Under the pieces are notes generated by a model that did no database searches, had not been told where the DNA came from, and worked only from the letters and a program-made list of their open reading frames with translations. DNA of 64,000 nt, from positions 32,001-96,000 of the forward strand of contig CBDBZY010000003.1 of NCBI GenBank assembly GCA_965213685.1, in the 5' to 3' direction. This document shows positions 1 through 9,955 of this stretch, piece after piece (the stretch's first letter is position 1; every line of letters begins with the position of its first letter). The DNA is from a bacterium (GTDB taxonomy: Bacteria; UBA8248). Both the position numbers and the translations under genes were made by a program.

Positions 1-84
1 GAGGCCGCTTTGCGGTCATTGCCGGGACTGAAGCCGGTGGCGGAACTGGCGGACGGCATCGTGTTCAAGGTGGCGGCATGGTGA
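1..84 (+). CDS. 3' end of an upstream CDS (partial, unknown function)
   Basis: Frame 1 is open from the window edge: EAALRSLPGLKPVAELADGIVFKVAAW*, with high GC3 codon usage. Confidence 0.4.
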   Translation, partial: EAALRSLPGLKPVAELADGIVFKVAAW

Positions 85-93
85 GAGGAGGAT

Positions 94-109
94 CCCCCCC
101 CCCCCCCCC
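94..109. repeat. poly-C tract (C16), intergenic, upstream of the dprE1-like gene
   Basis: Read directly from the sequence. Confidence 0.85.
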
Positions 110-265
110 GAACCCGCATCGGCCGGCGTATGAATCCGCCCGCCGACACGCCATGACGGGTTTCGTGGGATCGGGCTCGGGGACGGCCTTGTGTCATGGC
201 GCGTTCGCCGGCTGTGCGCTCAGGCGCCGGCCGTGCCGACGCTTCGCCTTCTGCGGAGCGGGAGC

Positions 266-1597
266 GTGAAGCTCTCCGGCTGGGGCCGGTATCCGGTGCT
301 CGACTGCCGGGTCGAACGCCTGCGCGAGGGCGGGGCACTACCCGGCCTGCTTCGCCGCGGCGACGCCCTCATCGCCCGCGGCAACGGCCGTTCCTACGGC
401 GACGCCGCACTCAACCCGGACCTGACGCTCTCCATGCTGGCGATGGACCGGATGCGGGCGTTCGACGCCGGGACCGGCCTCCTGGACTGCGAGGCCGGCG
501 TGCTGCTCGCCGACATCCTGGAGGCGTTCGCACCGCGCGGCTGGTTCCCGCCGGTGGTTCCGGGAACCAGGTTCGTCACCGTCGGCGGCATGATCGCCGC
601 GGACGTGCACGGGAAGAACCATCACCGCGAGGGCGCCTTCGGGGCACACGTCGAGTCGCTGGTTCTGGCCGCCGCGGACGGCGAGATGCGGGAGTGCAGC
701 CGAACGGAGCGCGCCGACCTGTTTCGCGCCACCATCGGCGGGATGGGGCTGACCGGGGTGATCCTCTCCGCGCGCTTCCGGCTGCGGCGGATCGAGACCG
801 CCTTCGTGATGGAGGAGACCCTGGCCGCGCGCGACCTCGACGAAACCATGGCCTTGTTCGAGGCGTCCCGCGAGTGGCCGTACAGCGTGGCCTGGATCGA
901 CTGCCTGGCACAAGGCGCACAGCTGGGCCGTGCGGTGATGACGCGCGGCGCATTCATGGACCGCAGCGCGCTGCCGGCGCGACTGGCGTCGGCTCCCCTG
1001 CGTCCGGCGCGGGCGGGCAGGCTCGCGGTTCCGGTCGATGCGCCGTCCGTTCTGCTCAACCGCTTTTCGATCCGTCTGTTCAACGCGCTGTACCACCGGC
1101 GCGGGCGCATGCGCACCGGGGCGCGGCCGCTCCATTTCGCTCCGTTCTTCTTTCCCCTGGACGGGGTCGAGGCGTGGAACCGCCTCTACGGGCGGCGTGG
1201 ATTCGTCCAGTACCAGTGCGTGCTGCCCAAAAGCGAAAGCGCGGCCGGCGTCGCCGCCCTCCTGGAGCGCGCAGCCGCGTCCGGGCGGGGTTCGTTCCTC
1301 GCAGTGCTCAAACTCTTCGGCCCCGCCGGAGACGGGCTGATGTCGTTCCCCATGGAAGGCTATACGCTCGCGCTCGATTTTCCGATGCGCAACGGAGCGC
1401 TGGGGCTGCTCGACGAACTCGACGCGATCACCCATCGCCACGGCGGGCGGGTCTATCTCGCCAAGGACGTTCGCTGCACCCCCGAGCGGGTGCGCGAGGG
1501 CTATCCGCGCCTCGACGCCTTCGCGGCGGTCCGCGCCGAGGCGGCCGGGGCGCGGCCCAGGTTCGCCTCCGCCCTCTCGCGCAGGCTCGCGCTGTGA
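266..1597 (+). CDS. FAD-binding oxidoreductase, DprE1-like (polyprenyl-phosphoribose 2'-oxidase)
   Basis: GTG start after GGAG; LSGWGRYP, ARGNGRSYGDAA, VPGTRFVTVGGMIAADVHGKNHH, GFVQYQ, FLAVLK, GYTLALDFP and GGRVYLAKD motifs; DprE2-like SDR in the same operon. Confidence 0.88.
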   Translation: MKLSGWGRYPVLDCRVERLREGGALPGLLRRGDALIARGNGRSYGDAALNPDLTLSMLAMDRMRAFDAGTGLLDCEAGVLLADILEAFAPRGWFPPVVPGTRFVTVGGMIAADVHGKNHHREGAFGAHVESLVLAAADGEMRECSRTERADLFRATIGGMGLTGVILSARFRLRRIETAFVMEETLAARDLDETMALFEASREWPYSVAWIDCLAQGAQLGRAVMTRGAFMDRSALPARLASAPLRPARAGRLAVPVDAPSVLLNRFSIRLFNALYHRRGRMRTGARPLHFAPFFFPLDGVEAWNRLYGRRGFVQYQCVLPKSESAAGVAALLERAAASGRGSFLAVLKLFGPAGDGLMSFPMEGYTLALDFPMRNGALGLLDELDAITHRHGGRVYLAKDVRCTPERVREGYPRLDAFAAVRAEAAGARPRFASALSRRLAL

Positions 1598-1617
1598 AGG
1601 AAGGAGACCATCTGACC

Positions 1618-3515
1618 ATGCCGCGCAACGCCGCCCCGAACGCTCTCCGGCGGGGCACCGGACGGATACCGCGGGCGCTGCTGGCCTCGTTGCTGGGCGG
1701 GCTGTTGTTCGTCCTGGTCTTCGGATGGGCCTATTCGGGCATCGAGGGCGAGCTCTACAAGGCGCGCGACGATGGCGTGATCACGATGAGCCATGCCCGG
1801 AACCTGGTGGAGTACGGGTTCATCGGGGTCAACCCTTCCGGCGGCCGGGTCGAGGCATACTCGGCGCCGGTGCAACTCTTCCTCTACGTCGCCGCGTATG
1901 CGGTCGCCGGCGTCGGCTACGCCGCATATGCGGAAGCGCAAACGATTGTTGCGACTTTTCTGCTGGGCGCGCTGCTGGTGCTGTTTTTCCCGGAACGGAA
2001 AGTCCTGGCCGTCGCCCTGGCCGGGTTGGCCGCAGTGTTCCTGGTCTGGATGCGGCCCTTCCTGCTGTGGCACGGATCGGGGATGGAGAACGCCGTCACC
2101 CACGTCCTCTTTCTGGCGGCCGTGCTGAGCATGGTCAGGCTGGCTCGGAACCTCGGGGGGGGGGGGGGGGGGGGGACTGGTTGGCCATCCCGATCTTCCT
2201 GGCGTCCGTCTCCCGCATTGACGGCATCTGGCACATCGGTCCCCTGCTGGTTGTTTTCGGGATGTTCTGGCGGGTGGCGTTTCGAGACTGGCGAGGGGCG
2301 CGTGTTTCCCTGCTGGTCCTGGGGCTGTGGGTCCTGTTCCAGGGATGGCGGTATTCGTATTTCGGCGACCTGCTGCCCAACGTAGCCTACGCCCGGGGCA
2401 TTTCCGTATACGACAATCTCCGTCCCTGGCTGGCGCTGAATTGGGGGCATATGGCCCGGGCGGTCGTTCGCGCCGGCTCCATCCTGGATTCTCACGGCGG
2501 TGTGCTGCTGCTGTCGTTGCCCGCGCTCCTGGTCGTATCCCCACGCCGGGAGTACACGCTGTTGGCGCTGCTTCTCGGCAGCCTGGCCCTGACCTCGGCA
2601 TTCAACGAGGCGGTTTTCGGCCGCGCGCTACTGGATGGTGCGAGAACGACCACGCACCTCGCCGTGGTCTCGGCTCTCGGGGCCGTCGCGCTTCTGTATT
2701 GCCTGCTGCGCAGCCGGCGAACCCGGTGGGCCGCTCCGGTGCTGGTCATGACGGGATTGCTGGCGTTGGGCATGAAGTCGGTCGAACCATATCCCATATG
2801 TTGCAAGTCCCTGCGCATCGAAGCCAATCGGCAGTATTTCGCCCGGATTTCGCACGCGGAGGACCTGCCCCGCGCCACAGTCGCCACCCCCGCTCTGGGC
2901 GTGACGAGCTGGCACAAGCAGTTCAACGTCGTGGACTTGCTCTTTCATGGTTCGCCCTTGATGGCCAAGCTGCGACCGCCACTCCGGGCGGACTACTTCT
3001 TCCACTACGCCGCTCCGGACCTCATTTACGCGCTCAGCGCTCCTGCCTGCCGCCGGGATGCCGAGATATTCTCCGACCCCCGGTTTGGCCGGCTATACCA
3101 ACCACTGAAGGTGTGGATAACGGATTGGACCAGAGAACACTGTCATGCCAACCCCCAGTCCCGGACGGGATTCTGGATACGCAGGGACATCCTCAAATCA
3201 TCGGGATCCGCTGAAAGGCGGCTCATTGAACATATGAAGACCGACTTGTCCTCCGCGCGGTTGCAGGACGAGCTCGGACGCTGCCAGGACATCGCCACAG
3301 GCCTTCACGACTGCGCCTACGTGGCGCGGACCGCCTACCGGTTCCTGCCGGAATTTGCAAGCCGGGGCCAGATGAATCGACTCGAGGAAATCTTCGCGGC
3401 CAGCCGTACCGCGCCCTTCGACCTCTACCTGATCACCGGATACCGGGACGCCCGGGCGCACCGCGCCTTCATCCGCTTCCTGAGGGAGCTTCAACCGGAG
3501 AAGGGACGGCGCTGA
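1618..3515 (+). CDS. GT-C-like polytopic membrane glycosyltransferase, frameshifted at G21 (2155-2175)
   Basis: SD AAGGAG; DDGVITMSHARNLVEYG...VEAYS loop and GSGMEN in the first frame; RIDG and YFGDLLPNVAYAR continue in the 1725..3515 frame after the poly-G. Confidence 0.7.
2155..2175. repeat. poly-G tract (G21) inside GT-C gene 1, breaks the frame
   Basis: Read directly from the sequence. Confidence 0.9.
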
Positions 3516-3681
3516 TCGCTGCGCGGCCTTCGGACATCGGGTGTGCCAGTGAAACGATGGGTCGAATGCCGGGCCGGCCTGCTGTCGATCCGGCATGGAA
3601 TTTCGACCGGGCCATCGGTAAGATGTCCGCCCGTCTCCCGGGGCGGCTTCGACCTCGTGGATCATCAAGAAGGCGACGCAC

Positions 3682-5658
3682 ATGGAAGGCTATATACGCT
3701 CGCGCTCGATTTTCCGACGCGCCCTGCCCGCCCCGCTGCGCAACGCGCTGTTCGCCATGTTCATCGGCGGCGTCCTGGCCTACGGAGCCAGTTTCGCCTG
3801 GTATCTTCTCGCCCGCTTCGACCTGGTCAACCTGCTCCGCGACGTCAACGGCGACGACTCCTTCTACTACTTTCAGATCGCCAGGAATCTGGCGGAAGGA
3901 AAGTTCTCGACCTTTGACGGCGGCATTACCCGGACCAACGGGTATCACCCCATCTGGATGCTACTCATCACGCCATTCTACTGGGTATTTGACGCCGAGC
4001 CCGCGTTGTTCGCCATCAAGGCTTTCGAGATCATGCTCATTGCCGGCGGCGTGACGCTCATCGTTCTGGCTGCCCGCGTAGCGCGGTTGCCCTGGATTCT
4101 GTTGTTCGCTGCGCTGCCATTTCTCTATGGTTACAGAGCCTTCTTTCGAGGGATGGAAAGCGCCGCCGCGTTGTTCATGCTTGGCCTGCTCTTCCTGACC
4201 ATGACTCTCTTTGCGCGGAATCCGGCCCGGTGGACGTGGCCGCTGGCCGCGGTGGCCTTCGCCCTCCCATGGGTCCGTCTGGAGTTCGCCGCCGTTTCGG
4301 TGGCGGCAACGGCGATGCTGTATGTTGTCGAGCGGCCGGCCCGGGACCGCTCGCCCTGCGCATCACCCGCTCTCCGGGCGTGTGTTCCGCTGTTCGGTGC
4401 GTGTTCGGGTATCCTCGCCTACTTCGCCTACAACTGGCTTGTCTTCGGTGGTGCTGTGCCAGTGAGCGGGGCGATCAGGCAAATGTGGTCGCAGAACCAC
4501 TGGAAGCGGGAAGGCGGGTACAGTCTCACGCAAAACTTCCATGATGTCCTGCAAGTTCCCGCCTTCGGCACCGGGCTGGCGGTGGCTCTGGGAACCTGCG
4601 TTTGCGTTCTCCTGGTTCTGTGGTCCACCCGCCGCGTCCGCCGGCGGGACGACAGGTTGCTCCTGCACTTTCTGGCGGCCGCATTCGGCCTGGCGGTGGG
4701 CCACATGGCGAAGTTTGCGCAGACGGTCCTCATGGTGGACCCCACCTGGGGAAGCTACGCGCACTACTTCGTTCCGGTGTATCTGATGGCGGCATTGATT
4801 GTGCCGATTGCATGCTATGTCGCGTTGCACCTCATTCGTCGCTTCGTCGAACCAAGGCTCGGCCGCGCGGCCACTGTCCCGCGTTTGGGTATCGTCGCTG
4901 CTGGCGCGCTCGCGTTGTTGATCCAGACGGACTTTACCGGCCCATTCCGATATGTTGACGGGGCAAGCGAGTCCTCTCAACGCGAGTGGGAGATCACCAG
5001 CTACCTGGGCGCGCAAGTGATGAACCGTGTGCTTCCCGGGGACAGCGTGATCGGGTCATGGGACTCTGGCGTCCTGGGATATTTCTCGCGCTTCCCGGTA
5101 GTGAATATGGACGGCGTGGTGAATTCCTACGACTACATGCAAGCGAGCAATGCAGCAAAGTGGGGGCGAGGTGAGCAGTTCGGGATTACCCATTTCGCCA
5201 ACGGCCGGCCTCGAATCATCCCTCCGAGGCGCTGGATCACCCACTTCGGGATTACCCATTTCGCCAACGTCGTCCCGGTCAGCCGACGCAAAAATACCGC
5301 ACTGTTCGAAGGGTTTCCATTTTTTCAGGGGTACGAACGGAAATTCCAACTCCGCCCAGCGTTGCCGCTGGAGGCGTCGTTGGGCGATTTCGACAAAGAC
5401 GCCTGGTTTTGGGAGCAAATGGCGCCTCACTGGGACTACGAGTCGGAGTCCGTCTCGGTCGTCGTCGACGGCAACATGGCGCAGGCGTTCTTCAAGGATC
5501 ATACGTTGGCGAAAACCCGTGACGAACCGTTGGTTTTTTCCTGGTTCACCGAGAAAGGAAAGCAATTCCGCGTTTGGCGCCCGTGGGAAAGCATAGGTGA
5601 GAACGACGGGGGGGGGGGGGGGGGGGGGGATTCTATCAAGCTTTTTCGATTTACCTAA
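3682..5658 (+). CDS. GT-C-like membrane glycosyltransferase 2
   Basis: DDSFYYFQIARNLAEG...TNGYHPIW, GMES, RLE, YNWLVFGGAVPVSG and WDSGVLGYFS...NMDGVVNS; many TM segments. One G fewer in the poly-G would end the ORF at 5734, overlapping the next ATG. Confidence 0.75.
   Translation: MEGYIRSRSIFRRALPAPLRNALFAMFIGGVLAYGASFAWYLLARFDLVNLLRDVNGDDSFYYFQIARNLAEGKFSTFDGGITRTNGYHPIWMLLITPFYWVFDAEPALFAIKAFEIMLIAGGVTLIVLAARVARLPWILLFAALPFLYGYRAFFRGMESAAALFMLGLLFLTMTLFARNPARWTWPLAAVAFALPWVRLEFAAVSVAATAMLYVVERPARDRSPCASPALRACVPLFGACSGILAYFAYNWLVFGGAVPVSGAIRQMWSQNHWKREGGYSLTQNFHDVLQVPAFGTGLAVALGTCVCVLLVLWSTRRVRRRDDRLLLHFLAAAFGLAVGHMAKFAQTVLMVDPTWGSYAHYFVPVYLMAALIVPIACYVALHLIRRFVEPRLGRAATVPRLGIVAAGALALLIQTDFTGPFRYVDGASESSQREWEITSYLGAQVMNRVLPGDSVIGSWDSGVLGYFSRFPVVNMDGVVNSYDYMQASNAAKWGRGEQFGITHFANGRPRIIPPRRWITHFGITHFANVVPVSRRKNTALFEGFPFFQGYERKFQLRPALPLEASLGDFDKDAWFWEQMAPHWDYESESVSVVVDGNMAQAFFKDHTLAKTRDEPLVFSWFTEKGKQFRVWRPWESIGENDGGGGGGGDSIKLFRFT
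5179..5269 (+). repeat. 25-bp exact direct repeat, in frame, encoding FGITHFAN twice
   Basis: ttcgggattacccatttcgccaacg at 5179-5203 and 5245-5269. Confidence 0.9.
5608..5629. repeat. poly-G tract (G22) near the 3' end of GT-C gene 2
   Basis: Read directly from the sequence. Confidence 0.9.
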
Positions 5659-5730
5659 CGATGTCGCGCATCCCGTTCGGATCACGACAGCGCCAGCCGG
5701 CAGCGTCCGCCACGGCGCGGATGCTCCCCA

Positions 5731-8115
5731 ATGAAGAAAGGTATCTTGCCTACACTCCGAAGGGCGCTCTATCCTCTGTCGTTCCTGCCCTGGCTGGGGC
5801 TGCTCGGCTGGTTCTCCGCCGTCGCCTGGTTCCTCTGCGACGACGCCTTCATCAGCTTCCGCTACGCCCGCAACCTGCTGGAGGGCCACGGGCTGGTCTT
5901 CAACCCCGGCGAATACGTCGAGGGCTATAGCAACTTCCTGTGGGTGCTGGAGCTGGCCGCGATCTGGGGGCTGCTGGGGATTCCCCCGGAGCGGGCGGCG
6001 CCCTGGCTGTCCGTCGCCTGCACCGTCGGCACTCTCGTCGCACTGGGCGTGTGGTGCGCCCGGCTGCCTCGGCTGCGCCACCGGCGGCTGGTCGCCTGGA
6101 TGGCCTTCGGCCTGCTGTGCTCCAGCGCCACCTTCGCGGTGTGGACCTCGGGCGGCGGGCTGGAGACGCGGCAGTTCACTCTGTTCACCGTCTTGGCCGT
6201 GCTCTGCCTGAGCCTCCGGCGTTCGGAGCGCCGGGGTCTGGTGGCGGCCTCGCTGAGCCTGGCGCTGGCCGCCGGCACCCGGCCCGAGGGATTGATGACG
6301 GGGCTCCTATGCGTCGGCTGGTTCGCTCTTCAGTCGATGGCGGACGCCGGGCGTCCTCGCCCGGACTGGCGGCGGCTGGCGTGGTTGGCGGCGCCCTTCC
6401 TCGCGCTGGTGGCCGCCCACTACCTGTTCCGCTACGCCTACTACGGCGAGTGGCTGCCCAACACCTACTACGCCAAGCACGTGCGGCCCTGGTATGAGTC
6501 GGGCTTCCGCTACCTGTGGGCGGCGGCGCTGGAGACGGGGCTGTATCTCCTCCTGCCCCTGGTCGCCCTCGCCGCGCGCGAGCGTTGGCGTGCGCACCGG
6601 GACGGGGCGTTCGCGCTCCCGCTCCTCCTGGTCGGCGTCCACATGGCTTACGTGATGCGGGTCGGCGGCGACCATTTCGAATACCGGCCGCTGGATTTTT
6701 ACTGGCCGCTGCTGGCGCTTCCGGCGGCGGCGGGGATCGCGCATCTCGGCTCCCGCCTGGCCGCCGGCCGCTGGCGTCCCCGTCTTCCCGCGCTTGGCGC
6801 GATGGGCACACGGGCCTGCGCGGCGGCCGTCTTCGCGCCGGTTCTGTTCTACGCCGGCGCGATCCAGGGCGCGCTGCTGTTTGATGGGGCTGCGATACGC
6901 GAACGTATCTTTAAACTGCATATAGAATTGGATGATGAAAACGCCGGGTGGCTGCTCCACGCGCCCGGGATGCCGATGCTCGTCGCCATCTCCAACGACC
7001 TGCGACGCCTGGCTGCCAAACAGCTGGTCGCTTCGCCCTTCACGGAGCACCGCGAATTCGCCAGAGTGCGTTTGCGACGATGGAAGCCCTACGAGAAGAT
7101 GGAACGGGGAATCATTCCCGATGACGCTCTAGCGGTCTTTGGCGCGCTTGGCGTTCGGTCCTATTATCTTCCGGACCTCAGAGTCATCGACAGAAATGGC
7201 CTGACTGATGCAACCGTGGCCCGCAACCCGGCCACCCGCGCGAATCACAAACGGGTTATCGGCCATGATCGGCGACCGCCGCCGGGATACCTCGAAGAGC
7301 GGGGCGTCAACATCACCGTGCGTTTCGCGGCGCGCAATCCGACGAAGGCGCTCATGCGGGGGCGCTATGCCGTGCGGGTCGGCCCGAATCTCTGGATGCC
7401 GTTCAGCTCCCCGGACGAGGAGTGGGTTCTCGACCGCTTCGCCGGACGCAATCTGCAGGTGCGAGACAAGCGATACGCCCGCCTGTCCTGGGAGAAGGCG
7501 GCGCCGGACTTCGACTACCGGTCGGGGGACCTGGGGTTCGTGGTGGAGGTGAACCTATTCTCAAGCAACGCCAGGATACAGGCGTTCGCCAGGAGCTGCG
7601 CGCCGGACGAGCTGTTGGTATGGCCCTGGTTGAACAGGAGGAGGTACGCACCGGCAAGCCGCTGGACGATCAACGAGACGGGGCTGTGCCGGGCCACCGC
7701 CGTAACGTCTCGGAAGTGGATCAGGTCGGGCGTCGACGATCTGTCCCGGCTGGAGGAAGTCAAGCGGGTGAAGGCAGTCGCCATTCGCTCGGTGTTCAAC
7801 GTCTATCTGCTGGGCAGGCGCCTGATCTACTCCAGGCAGCCATGCCGTCCGGGCGACAACGCCGGGCGGTTCTTCCTGCACGTGTTTCCGGTCGATGCGC
7901 GCGACCTTCCCCGTGCGCGCCGGAAATACGGTTTCGACAATCTGGACTTCCGGATGGAGGCGCCCAAGAAGGCTGGAGGGCATTGCACGGCGGTGCGCAA
8001 GCTGCCGGACTATCCCATCGCCAAGATTCGTGCCGGCCAATACCTCAAAAGCGTGGGCCGGCTCTGGGAGGGAACTATCGCCGGTCCGGGCAGTAGCGGG
8101 AGGCCGCCGCCATGA
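5731..8115 (+). CDS. GT-C-like (arabinofuranosyltransferase-like) membrane protein with C-terminal soluble domain
   Basis: DDAFISFRYARNLLEGHGLVFNPGEYVEGYSNFLW, GGLET, TRPEG, YYGEWLPNTYYAK, GGDHFEYR, DRNGLTD..IGH motifs. Confidence 0.8.
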   Translation: MKKGILPTLRRALYPLSFLPWLGLLGWFSAVAWFLCDDAFISFRYARNLLEGHGLVFNPGEYVEGYSNFLWVLELAAIWGLLGIPPERAAPWLSVACTVGTLVALGVWCARLPRLRHRRLVAWMAFGLLCSSATFAVWTSGGGLETRQFTLFTVLAVLCLSLRRSERRGLVAASLSLALAAGTRPEGLMTGLLCVGWFALQSMADAGRPRPDWRRLAWLAAPFLALVAAHYLFRYAYYGEWLPNTYYAKHVRPWYESGFRYLWAAALETGLYLLLPLVALAARERWRAHRDGAFALPLLLVGVHMAYVMRVGGDHFEYRPLDFYWPLLALPAAAGIAHLGSRLAAGRWRPRLPALGAMGTRACAAAVFAPVLFYAGAIQGALLFDGAAIRERIFKLHIELDDENAGWLLHAPGMPMLVAISNDLRRLAAKQLVASPFTEHREFARVRLRRWKPYEKMERGIIPDDALAVFGALGVRSYYLPDLRVIDRNGLTDATVARNPATRANHKRVIGHDRRPPPGYLEERGVNITVRFAARNPTKALMRGRYAVRVGPNLWMPFSSPDEEWVLDRFAGRNLQVRDKRYARLSWEKAAPDFDYRSGDLGFVVEVNLFSSNARIQAFARSCAPDELLVWPWLNRRRYAPASRWTINETGLCRATAVTSRKWIRSGVDDLSRLEEVKRVKAVAIRSVFNVYLLGRRLIYSRQPCRPGDNAGRFFLHVFPVDARDLPRARRKYGFDNLDFRMEAPKKAGGHCTAVRKLPDYPIAKIRAGQYLKSVGRLWEGTIAGPGSSGRPPP

Positions 8116-8855
8116 ACGACGGGCGGGCGGCGGCGCTGGTGCTCGGCGCCACGTCGGACATCGGCCGCGCCATCGCGCGCGCGCTGGCGCGCGGCGGCTA
8201 CGCGATGCAGCTCGCGGGGCGCGACCTGGCGCGGCTCGAGCGGGAAGCGCGGGACATCCGGGTGCGCACCGGCGCCGTCGTGACCTCCCATTGCGCCGAC
8301 GCGCTCCGGGACGATGGCGGCGTCTCGATGCTCGATGCGCTCGACCCCCTGCCCGAGGTGGCGGTCTGCGTCGTCGGGCTGCTTGGCGACCAGGCGGAGA
8401 GCCAGGAGAACGGCGCCGCCGCCGAGCGGGTGATGCGAACCAACTACGTCGGCCCCGCGCTGCTGGTGGGCGCCCTTGCCGAGCGGTTCGAGCGGCGCGG
8501 CAGCGGCGTCCTGGTCGGCGTCAGTTCGGTGGCGGGCGAGCGCGGGCGCGCCGCGAACTACGTGTATGGCTCCGCCAAGGCGGGGTTCACGGCGTTCCTG
8601 TCCGGGCTGCGCAACCGGCTGTCCGCATCCGGCGTTCACGTGGTGACGGTCAAGCCGGGCTTCGTGCGCACCCGCATGACGGACGGGATGGCGCTGCCGG
8701 CGCGGCTGACCGCCACGCCCGAAGAAGTGGCCGCGGCAGTCGTTCGGGCGATCCGCCGCCGCCGCGACGTGGTGTACGTGCGCCGCGTCTGGGGGCCGAT
8801 CATGCGCATCATGCGCGCCATCCCCGAGCCGGTCTTCAAGCGGCTGAGGCTGTAG
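8112..8855 (+). CDS. short-chain dehydrogenase, DprE2-like
   Basis: LGATSDIG, SSVAGERGRAANYVYGSAKAG (YxxxK), VKPGFVRTRMT; ATGA overlap with the upstream gene. Confidence 0.88.
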   Translation: MNDGRAAALVLGATSDIGRAIARALARGGYAMQLAGRDLARLEREARDIRVRTGAVVTSHCADALRDDGGVSMLDALDPLPEVAVCVVGLLGDQAESQENGAAAERVMRTNYVGPALLVGALAERFERRGSGVLVGVSSVAGERGRAANYVYGSAKAGFTAFLSGLRNRLSASGVHVVTVKPGFVRTRMTDGMALPARLTATPEEVAAAVVRAIRRRRDVVYVRRVWGPIMRIMRAIPEPVFKRLRL

Positions 8856-9035
8856 CGCGGAGCCCCCCCCTCTCGCCGTCTCAGAAGGCGCCGAGCCGGT
8901 CCGGAACGTTTGTTGTTCTGGTTTTTCCGCGCCGGAAGGTGGCGTCGGTACCGGCTGGTGCTCGCCTCGTCCGGAAGGAGCCGACGCAACGCTGCGGCGG
9001 CAATGGCGGACTGCTCGATTAAGCGTACGTTCCTC

Positions 9036-9881
9036 TCACGGGGCGGCGACGGCGTTTCGGAGCACCCCGACGTTCTCGATCTCGCATTCGACCACGTCGC
9101 CCGGCCCGAGGAGCCCCGGCGGCTCCATGGCGAAGCCCACGCCCTCCGGAGTGCCGGTGGCGATCAGGTCGCCGGGCAGGAGGGTGAAGCCCTCGGAGAG
9201 CGTCGAGACGATGGTGGCGACGTCAAAGATCATGTCGTTCGTGTTCGAGTGCTGGCGCGTCTCGCCGTTCACCCGGCTCATCACGGCCAGGTTGTTCCCG
9301 TCGCCCGTCTCGTCCTTCGTGACGATCCACGGGCCCAGGGGGCCAAAGGTGTCGAGCGCCTTGCCCTTGAACCACTGGCCGTGGGCGCGCTGCACGTCCC
9401 GCGCCGAAACCTCGTTCATGATGGTGTAGCCATAGACGTAATCCATCGCCCTGTCCTCGGGAATGTGGATCCCCTCCTTGCCGATGACGATGACGAGTTC
9501 GCATTCATAGTCGAGCTCCGTCACGCCCTGGTGTTGGACGATCTCCCCGTCCGGCCCGTTGTGCGAACCCGGCCACTTGCAGAAGAACACCGGAATCTTG
9601 GGATAGACGCCCACCTTTCTTCCGCCGTGCTTGCGCGCCCCCTCGTCGGCGTGTTTCTTGTAGTTGAGGCCCACGGCGATGACGGGCCGCGCGAGCTCCG
9701 CTATCGGCGCGAGCAGCCGCACGGATTCGAGCGGTATCGGCCGGCCGTTCGTCTCGGGCGTCCCGCCCCGGGCGATGACGCTCGCCGCGTCGCCGGTTTC
9801 GGGCGTCACGTCCTCCACGCCGCCCGCCGTCAGAATGGCGACGCGGGGGCCTGTGTCCGATGCATACGTCAGCAGTTTCAT
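9036..9881 (-). CDS. fumarylacetoacetate hydrolase family protein
   Basis: VGLNYKKH, LDYECEL, GYTIMNEVSARD, GKALDTFGPLGP, PGDLIATGTPEGVG. Confidence 0.92.
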   Translation of the reverse strand: MKLLTYASDTGPRVAILTAGGVEDVTPETGDAASVIARGGTPETNGRPIPLESVRLLAPIAELARPVIAVGLNYKKHADEGARKHGGRKVGVYPKIPVFFCKWPGSHNGPDGEIVQHQGVTELDYECELVIVIGKEGIHIPEDRAMDYVYGYTIMNEVSARDVQRAHGQWFKGKALDTFGPLGPWIVTKDETGDGNNLAVMSRVNGETRQHSNTNDMIFDVATIVSTLSEGFTLLPGDLIATGTPEGVGFAMEPPGLLGPGDVVECEIENVGVLRNAVAAP

Positions 9882-9955
9882 GTTCTCTCCCCGGTTTGTG
9901 CGAGACGCTGAGAAGATATAGGGCTTTTGACGCTTCGCGGTCTGGATGGCGGCGC

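Noticed and set aside
196-1617. Long N-terminal extension of ORF 196..2385
   Set aside because: Arg/Gly/Pro-rich off-frame overlap of the dprE1-like gene; the real start is ATG 1618 after AAGGAG
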